Shown: one piece after another, positions 57,609 through 64,000 of the stretch
Layout: every line of letters starts with the position of its first letter
How positions within the stretch are numbered: the stretch's first letter is position 1
The notes under the pieces: generated by a model
Databases searched by the model: none
The model's input: only the letters and a program-made list of their open reading frames with translations
Told to the model about the DNA's origin: nothing
Position numbers and translations under genes: made by a program
NCBI GenBank assembly: GCA_965215195.1
Contig: CBDCDC010000002.1
Span: forward strand, 928,001 to 992,000
Direction of reading: 5' to 3'
Source of the DNA: Candidatus Latescibacterota bacterium
GTDB lineage: Bacteria > Latescibacterota > UBA2968 > UBA8231
Length of the DNA: 64,000 bases

Positions 57609-57696
57609 CCTACGCGGCCACAAAAGGTTTTCTCGGCGACCCAACTTATCCCATCTGGCGACCGAAAAGTGCATTAACCTATCTAAAAGGAATCCC

Positions 57697-58545
57697 ATGC
57701 CCCAGCCCAACGCTTGGACGCCCGTCGAGGCCCGCAGCACAGCCGCGCTCCTGCACCACTTGCCCCGCCCGCTCACCGCCTTGGCCGCTGGCGACATCCC
57801 CGCCGTAGTCTTGCGGGGGGCCTATCCGCCCGATCATTGCCGCGGCTTGATGCGCCGCTTTGAGGAGCGCGGCTATTTCGACCCGGCCACCGTGGGCCAA
57901 GCTTCTCAGCTAAGCGGCGGTCCCTATCTCGACTTGGGCACCAGCCTCGGACGGCTCGGGGCCGACCCAGCGGCCTTCTTCGCCCACGCGGCCCGCACCC
58001 ACGAGCTGTTCGCAACGCTCTTCGAGGGGTTTGCAGACCCAGTGGGCGCGATGTACGCGGCCCTCTCCGATCTGGCCGAGGGCAAAGTAGTGCAAACCGC
58101 ACGCGAACCGGACGGGCGGCTCTACGGACCGGCCATCTTCCGCATGTATCACGCGGCCGAAGGCCACAAGCCCCACTACGATTCGGTCGCCAAGCGCTCC
58201 CGCCCCGGCCACGCCTACGCAGTGGCCGACTTTCAGCGCCAATTCGCCGGGGTGCTGTGCTTGCAGACCGGCGATGCAGCAAGCACCGACGAACCCTTTA
58301 TCTACCGCTGCTGGGGCACCCAGCCCCACGTCGAGGACGTGCTGCGTCAAGACCGCTTCCCCGAGTACGCAGCCGCGCACCACATCCCCCGCGTCCAAGT
58401 CCGGTTGACCCCGGGCGATCTCTACTTCTTCTGCACCGAAAACATCCACGAAGTAGAGCGCCTAACGCGCCAGCACCGCCGCGTCGTGTTGGCCTTCTTC
58501 TTCGCCATGTCGGCGGACAAACCAGAGATCTTCGCCTGGTCCTAA
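57697..58545 (+). CDS. Putative 2OG-Fe(II) oxygenase-fold protein
   Basis: HYD (HxD), PGDLYFF..NIHEV, R; start MPQPNAW. Confidence 0.6.
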   Translation: MPQPNAWTPVEARSTAALLHHLPRPLTALAAGDIPAVVLRGAYPPDHCRGLMRRFEERGYFDPATVGQASQLSGGPYLDLGTSLGRLGADPAAFFAHAARTHELFATLFEGFADPVGAMYAALSDLAEGKVVQTAREPDGRLYGPAIFRMYHAAEGHKPHYDSVAKRSRPGHAYAVADFQRQFAGVLCLQTGDAASTDEPFIYRCWGTQPHVEDVLRQDRFPEYAAAHHIPRVQVRLTPGDLYFFCTENIHEVERLTRQHRRVVLAFFFAMSADKPEIFAWS

Positions 58546-59600
58546 GGCCGCATAGCCTCGCCGCGCAGCAGCATGGCGCGGATGTCGTAGCGCCCCGGCC
58601 GCTCTACCGGCAAATCCCCGGCCTCGAGCATCACCTCCAGCGGCGAAGCCAGCGTCCGCAAAGGCAGCGCGGTCACCTCGTGGAGCCGCGCCGACTCGTC
58701 CGTGGCCATGATGATCTCCACGGCCGCCCGGCCGTTTTCCGCTTGGCCGCGATGCTCAGCCCGGCCTTCGATCCACTCCACGATCTCGCGCTGCTGCCCA
58801 ACGCTGGGGTCCGCGCCCTCGCCCGCCCGCTCCTCCCAAGTGCCGGTCTTGCTGTTGAGCAGCCGCACCTTGCGCTCGTCGAGTTCGATGATGCCCTCCG
58901 AGCCGTAGAAAACCCCACCTTGGTAGTTAGGACCGGCCAACTCCTGCAAAAGCTGGCCAATGGCCCCATTGTCGAATTGCACCACGCACAGACTGCGGTC
59001 CTCAATGGGGATGTCGCGCTCAAAGCGCTCGGTCTTGCGCTCGATATTGCCCATCACCCACACGGCCTGTGGATCGCCCATCACGTAGCGCATCATGTCC
59101 AACAGGTGCGAGCAATCGTTGAGCAAGCCCTGTCCGCCGCGCGCATTGACCTGCCGCACCGCGCCGATGGCCCCTGCTGCCACCAGTTCCTTGGCCAAGG
59201 TCCACGCCGGATTGAAGCGGCGTTGGTGGGCAATGGCCAGCTTGACGCGGTTGCGCTGGGCGGCGATGAGCATGGCATCGCAATCGCCCAAGCTCGTCGC
59301 CATGGGCTTTTCGCACAGCACGGCCTTGGGCTTGTGCGCACAGGCGGCAATCGTCATTGGCGCGTGCAACTTGTGCCAAGTGCAAATCGAGACGATGTCG
59401 AGTGCCTCTTCGTCGAGCATCTGGCGGAAGTCCGCGTAGCGTTTGGCGATTCCATGCCGCTCGCCGAATTCCTCCCTCGCCGCAGCCACCGGATCGGCCA
59501 GCGCCACCACCTCAACTTGATCCACTCCGTTCCAGCCTTGTAGGTGGTAGTTGGCGATGCTGCCACAGCCGATAATGCCCACTCGGTATTTTTCTGCCAT
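58542..59600 (-). CDS. Gfo/Idh/MocA oxidoreductase
   Basis: IIGCGSIA, LCEKPM, HQRRF, SHLLD. Confidence 0.88.
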   Translation of the reverse strand: MAEKYRVGIIGCGSIANYHLQGWNGVDQVEVVALADPVAAAREEFGERHGIAKRYADFRQMLDEEALDIVSICTWHKLHAPMTIAACAHKPKAVLCEKPMATSLGDCDAMLIAAQRNRVKLAIAHQRRFNPAWTLAKELVAAGAIGAVRQVNARGGQGLLNDCSHLLDMMRYVMGDPQAVWVMGNIERKTERFERDIPIEDRSLCVVQFDNGAIGQLLQELAGPNYQGGVFYGSEGIIELDERKVRLLNSKTGTWEERAGEGADPSVGQQREIVEWIEGRAEHRGQAENGRAAVEIIMATDESARLHEVTALPLRTLASPLEVMLEAGDLPVERPGRYDIRAMLLRGEAMRP

Positions 59601-59632
59601 GTCGTCTTCCTTTGTTGGTGGTTAGCACCACG

Positions 59633-61504
59633 TTAGTTGATCCACTCGACAATCGCATCCGCACCCAACCGCCCATCCTCAACCACGAGCTGCGTTCCCG
59701 TGCCCACCGCGCCAGCGATGCGCTGCGGGAAATGATCCCCGGCCCCATGCACCAACAGCCGCCCCGGTGCGCACAACGCCAGTGCCGTCCGCACATCGCC
59801 CAACGCGCGAATCCCCGGCACAAAAAGTGCTCCGGTCCACGCCTCGTCGCCTCCTAAATCGCGACCGCCCCAATCCACCACTGTGCGGCCAACGCCATCA
59901 GCCAACGCCCGTGCAAATAGGCACCAGACGCCGGCCGCGCCCTGACCGACGAGGTGGCACTGGCCCACGCGCAGGTGCTGGTCCAGATAGGCCAAACCCG
60001 TGAGAATGTCCTGCACCCGGCAAGCCATCGTGGCCTGATTATAAGTATGGTACAGGGGATCCATCTCGTCGTGCCCTTCCCGCTCGGCACCATTGGTCAG
60101 AAAAGGAGCGACGACCAGCACGGCCCCACCCGCCTGCAACAGCCCCTGCGCCAGCGCGCCCGGCGCACCGTCCGCCCAATGCGCGTCGACAATCAGCGTG
60201 GCCGGCACCTTGCCTTGAGGACCACGCGGCAGAAAAAAGGCCGCTCGCACCCGCTCCCCGCGGCCCACGCGCCCCAAGACCAAGTCCTCGGCCACATAGC
60301 CCTCCTCGCGGCGAAATCCCAAGCTCTCGACCGCTACTTGAGGCGCGGCATCCACCCCGAGCAGGCTCGCCAGCGCCGGGCGCGTCTGCCGCTCCAAGCA
60401 CCCCAACCGCTTCTCACTGCGGGCGATCACGGCCGCGAAGACTCCTTGTGCGTCGAGCGCATGGTCCGGTTTTGCGCGCCCGCTGAACACCAGCAAGTCC
60501 TCGTCCCGCTCCACGGCAAAAGGCTGTTCCGGGACCCTGCCGCACCCGCCGTGCAGGTGGCGCTTAAAAAACGCGTACGCGGCCTCGCGGCTCGGCCGGT
60601 TGTAGTTGTGCGGAGCGTCTAGCTGCACCTCGCTCACCTTGTTTGGCACTCCATAGAGGTCGTAGATCGCGCGCACGGCCGGGAACTCAACTTCTGGCGT
60701 GTTGGCCGTCCAGTCGCCGGTACACGACACCAGCAACAAGGGCCTCGGTGCCATGCAGCTCGCGATTTCCACATTGTTGATGTCCAGTCGCAAGTGGCCC
60801 TGATTCTCGCAGCGACAGCCGCCCTGCATAAAGGCCGAGACCATGTTGACAGGAGCGGCCGCCGCGATCCGCTCGTCGACCGCCATCAGCAAAAAGGTCT
60901 GCGTCCCCCCACCAGACGCGCCCGTGCAGCCCATGCGCTCGGCATCCACATCCGCCAGCGCGGCGAGGAAGTCGATCACCCGAATGCTGTTCCACAGTTG
61001 CAAGCTCAGCGCACCGATTCCCCACAGGGCCTCGCGCCGCCCCCCGACCTCCCGATGCACGAGTTGATCGCTGTCGTTGTACCCGACCATGTCGTACGCA
61101 AAGGCCACCATGCCCTGCCGCGCGAAGTTGATGCAGCGACCAGCAATCGACCCTAACTCGGTGTTTTCGAGACGCCCCCGCCCCCAGTGGCCGTGCGGAC
61201 AGGCAAGCGCCGGAAAAGGCCCCTCCCTTAGCGGCCGGTACAAATTGCCACAGACGAAGAAGCCGGGCAGGCTCTCGAAAAAGACCTTTTCCACTGCATA
61301 GCCCTCCCGCTCAATCCGCCCAAAGACCTGTGCCTTGAGCGGCGTCTTGTCCGGCAGCGGCCACAAGCCCGCGCACACGAGAATGTGCCGGCGGATCGCG
61401 GCCGCCCGCTTTTCCCACGCTTCCAGCGTCCGATAGCGGCGCAAGGCCCAAGGCGTATCGACGTTTTTGGCGGCGTCCAGCCGCGCATCCCTTGCAATTG
61501 TCAT
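59633..61504 (-). CDS. Acetylxylan-esterase-like alpha/beta hydrolase (two domains)
   Basis: VEKVFFES.PG, CPHGH, TGASGGGTQT nucleophile, HNYN; GGAGG RBS before MTIARD. Confidence 0.8.
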   Translation of the reverse strand: MTIARDARLDAAKNVDTPWALRRYRTLEAWEKRAAAIRRHILVCAGLWPLPDKTPLKAQVFGRIEREGYAVEKVFFESLPGFFVCGNLYRPLREGPFPALACPHGHWGRGRLENTELGSIAGRCINFARQGMVAFAYDMVGYNDSDQLVHREVGGRREALWGIGALSLQLWNSIRVIDFLAALADVDAERMGCTGASGGGTQTFLLMAVDERIAAAAPVNMVSAFMQGGCRCENQGHLRLDINNVEIASCMAPRPLLLVSCTGDWTANTPEVEFPAVRAIYDLYGVPNKVSEVQLDAPHNYNRPSREAAYAFFKRHLHGGCGRVPEQPFAVERDEDLLVFSGRAKPDHALDAQGVFAAVIARSEKRLGCLERQTRPALASLLGVDAAPQVAVESLGFRREEGYVAEDLVLGRVGRGERVRAAFFLPRGPQGKVPATLIVDAHWADGAPGALAQGLLQAGGAVLVVAPFLTNGAEREGHDEMDPLYHTYNQATMACRVQDILTGLAYLDQHLRVGQCHLVGQGAAGVWCLFARALADGVGRTVVDWGGRDLGGDEAWTGALFVPGIRALGDVRTALALCAPGRLLVHGAGDHFPQRIAGAVGTGTQLVVEDGRLGADAIVEWIN

Positions 61505-61515
61505 ACCACATCCTC

Positions 61516-62334
61516 CTACGCTGTAACGGCACCCGACATCAAACCGGCCGTCAACCGCTTTCGCACCAGCAGGAACAGCAAGACCGTGGGTACGGTCGCC
61601 ACCACTGCGGTGGCCATCAAATAATTCCACTCCACCACGTTGTTTTTTTCCCAAGCGTAGAGGGCCATGGTAATCGGCTGCATGGTCCGCTTGGAAACGA
61701 GCACTAGCGCAAAGATGAATTCGTTCCACGCGCTGACAAAGGTGAAAATGGCCGTAGTCGTCAGCCCGGGGGCCGTTAGCGGCAGGGCAATCCTGAAGAT
61801 CATCCCCGTCCGCGAGAGCCCGTCGATCATGGCGGCATCCTCCAATTCCTCGGGGATGTTCTTAAAAAACCCTCGCAACATCCAGATGGAAAACGGCAGG
61901 GTAATCGCCGTATTGACCAAGATCAAGGCCGTGTACGTATCCAGTAGGTGCAAGGCTTTCATCATCTCGAACAGGGGGATGAGGACAATCACCGGCGAAA
62001 ACATCTGCACCACTAAGATGCTCAGGCCGAATAGACCGCGTCCGCGAAACTTGATGCGCGCCATGGCATAGGCCGCCGGGGCCGCCACGAGGATGTTGAA
62101 AAACACCGCGGCCAAGGCGATGAACAGACTGTTCAACAGGTGCCGCGCCATGGGAATGCGGACGAAAATATCCACGTAGTTGTGCCATACAAACGCACGC
62201 GGGATCAGCGTCGCCGGCGCTTGAAACACTTCCCCCATAGTCTTTAAGGAGGTGCCGGCGACGACCAACAACGGCAAGAGGGTGAAGGCCGCAACCCCCG
62301 CCATAAGAGCCGTTCGCAACAGGGCGCCGGGCAC
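61516..62334 (-). CDS. Carbohydrate ABC transporter permease (MalG-like)
   Basis: IPEELEDAAMIDG EAA loop, AWNEF; GTG start at 62334. Confidence 0.88.
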   Translation of the reverse strand: MPGALLRTALMAGVAAFTLLPLLVVAGTSLKTMGEVFQAPATLIPRAFVWHNYVDIFVRIPMARHLLNSLFIALAAVFFNILVAAPAAYAMARIKFRGRGLFGLSILVVQMFSPVIVLIPLFEMMKALHLLDTYTALILVNTAITLPFSIWMLRGFFKNIPEELEDAAMIDGLSRTGMIFRIALPLTAPGLTTTAIFTFVSAWNEFIFALVLVSKRTMQPITMALYAWEKNNVVEWNYLMATAVVATVPTVLLFLLVRKRLTAGLMSGAVTA

Positions 62335-62336
62335 GG

Positions 62337-63221
62337 CTACATCTCTTCCCGGTAGAAAAGACGCCACTGGAGGAAGCTGACGGCGACCAGCAGCAAGAAC
62401 GCCAAAAAGGCCATGCTGCTGGCCTGGCCAAAGTTGAAGTAGCCAAAGGCGCGGCGAAAGATCTCGGTGACCACAATTTGGGTCTGATTGGCCGGCCCGC
62501 CCCCGGTGATCACGTAGATAAAGACAAAACTGTTGAAGGACCAGATGAAACTGATCAACAAAACCGCCAGCGCGACGGGACGCAGCAAGGGGACGGTGAT
62601 ATACCAAAACTTCTGCCGTGCCGTAGTCCCGTCTATAATGGCGGCCTCGTACAGATGCAGCGGAATGGACTGCAAGGCCGAGAGGAAGGCAAAGGTGGTA
62701 AACGGCAACGCCGTCCACAGCCGGGCGAACAGGGCACCGCCAAACGCCGTCGAAGCACTCGTCAACCACTGCACGGGATGATCGACGATATGCAGAGACA
62801 GCAGCAACGCGTTGAGGTGTCCGTACTCGCCGTTGTACATCCACTTCCAGGCGATGGCCGCCACCACCAGCGGCGTGGCCCAAGCGAGGATCAGCGAGCT
62901 GCGGATCCATTCGCAGACGATTGTACTGCGGCTCAACAACAGGGCGGCACCCAAGCCCGCTCCCACATTCATCAGGACAGCGAGCACCGTCCACACGGCC
63001 GTGTTTTTGAGCACGAGGAGAAAAACATCGTCCCGGACGAGGCCCGTATAGTTCTGCACCCCCACAAAGACCGTCCCTTTGTAGGAAGTGTGGTAGAGAC
63101 TCGTCTTGAGGATTTCGACCATGGGAAATCCCATGAACAGCAGCAGCCACAGGGCGGCTGGCGCAATGTAAAAATAGGCCAGCCGGCGTTTCTCTCTTTC
63201 CACGATAATTTCCCGCGCCAA
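62337..63221 (-). CDS. Carbohydrate ABC transporter permease (MalF-like)
   Basis: FVGVQNY, LQSIP..LYEAA.IDG, TGGGPAN.T. Confidence 0.88.
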   Translation of the reverse strand: MAREIIVEREKRRLAYFYIAPAALWLLLFMGFPMVEILKTSLYHTSYKGTVFVGVQNYTGLVRDDVFLLVLKNTAVWTVLAVLMNVGAGLGAALLLSRSTIVCEWIRSSLILAWATPLVVAAIAWKWMYNGEYGHLNALLLSLHIVDHPVQWLTSASTAFGGALFARLWTALPFTTFAFLSALQSIPLHLYEAAIIDGTTARQKFWYITVPLLRPVALAVLLISFIWSFNSFVFIYVITGGGPANQTQIVVTEIFRRAFGYFNFGQASSMAFLAFLLLVAVSFLQWRLFYREEM

Positions 63222-63230
63222 AATGCGGCC

Positions 63231-64000
63231 TCAAGGCATGGGTAGGGCCGGGTTTTCCAACTCTTTCAGCAAGCGGTCGGACGCGGTGTTGAGCGCCTCG
63301 GCCGGGGTCGCCGCACCGGCCAAGATTAGCTGGATCGCCTCGCCCCATCCATCCTGAATCTTGGTCCATTCTGGGTGTTTTGGCGTCAAGTGCAGCAACT
63401 CCCTTTGCGCCTGATAATTCTGCATTGGGATCGACTGGTAGTAGGGATCGTCGGCCGCGTCTTTTGTCATGGGTACGCCGCCCACTTCCACGTCGATCAA
63501 CCGGCGATTTTCCAAGCGTTGGATAAAACGCATAAATTCGTAGCCCAAGTCCTTGTGCTGCGAAGTGGCAAACATGCCAAAGACATCGACGATGAGCAGC
63601 ATCTTCCGCTCCTCGCCATGCGGGATCATCAAAGGCTCGCATTCAATGCCCGCATCCCGGCACATCTGGTCCTGCCACGGTCCGCTGAACAACATCCCCA
63701 CCTTGCCCGCGGCCATCTCGGCATAGCATTCGTTGGCATTCAAGCTCAGAATGCCCGGCGGCATGACCCGGTCCGAAAGGTGCATGTCGGTCAGGAACTC
63801 AACGTAGGCAATGGCTTGGGGGCTGTTGATCGCCAGCTTGCCCTCGCGGTCGAAGAAGTGGGCCCCCAAACCCCACATCATTGCGATCGGATCCTGCATC
63901 AGGTGTTTCGGCCGGCCGGCGCCGATACAGAATCCATAGCGCTCGGGCGGCCGGTTGAGCGCATTCGCCAGCGCGCGGACTCCTTCCCAAGTCGTCGGAG
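63231..64000 (-). CDS. Sugar ABC transporter substrate-binding protein (N-terminus outside the window)
   Basis: AINSPQA, AGKVGM..SGPW, S..KD..YEF..F, TPAEAL. Confidence 0.8.
   Translation of the reverse strand, partial: PTTWEGVRALANALNRPPERYGFCIGAGRPKHLMQDPIAMMWGLGAHFFDREGKLAINSPQAIAYVEFLTDMHLSDRVMPPGILSLNANECYAEMAAGKVGMLFSGPWQDQMCRDAGIECEPLMIPHGEERKMLLIVDVFGMFATSQHKDLGYEFMRFIQRLENRRLIDVEVGGVPMTKDAADDPYYQSIPMQNYQAQRELLHLTPKHPEWTKIQDGWGEAIQLILAGAATPAEALNTASDRLLKELENPALPMP

Noticed and set aside
58257-59543. 428-aa plus-strand ORF
   Set aside because: Antisense shadow of the Gfo/Idh/MocA gene.
61516-63642. 708-aa ORF suggesting a giant permease fusion
   Set aside because: Only the last 272 codons or so are permease. 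The upstream part is an alternate frame over the MalF-like and binding-protein genes.
1-64000. tRNA, rRNA, integrase or integron attC sites explaining cassette mobility
   Set aside because: None recognised by eye; tRNAscan-SE, Infernal and IntegronFinder would be needed to exclude them.

Overview
High-GC Gram-negative bacterial chromosome segment. The backbone is catabolic and transport genes: four enolase-superfamily enzymes, three Gfo/Idh/MocA oxidoreductases, sugar kinases, an ABC sugar transporter, a TonB-dependent receptor and an SSS symporter. This gene mix, plus several Uma2 nucleases and TA modules, resembles host-associated Latescibacterota/Poribacteria-like genomes, but that is inference only. 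The centre (about 6.2-28.1 kb) is a defence island. It opens with a coupled RecQ-PRTase helicase plus DprA/SMF protein carrying three tandem C-terminal repeats. A complete type III-B CRISPR-Cas locus follows: cas10/cmr2, cmr3, cmr4, cmr5, a cmr6-cmr1 fusion, Uma2, an APE2256-type CARF effector, cas1, cas2, leader, an array of about 72 repeats (hand count) and cas6. The array preserves an apparent off-register spacer integration (an exact 37-nt duplication shifted by 11 nt) and a duplicated spacer pair. The Cas locus is bracketed by a decayed and an intact copy of a near-identical Uma2 sequence. Elsewhere there are two intact and one decayed ABC-ATPase + TOPRIM-like (DUF4276-like) pairs, a cluster of decayed TA and restriction genes at 38.6-40.9 kb, and a truncated TnpB. 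All family calls come from motif recognition by eye; no database searches were run.
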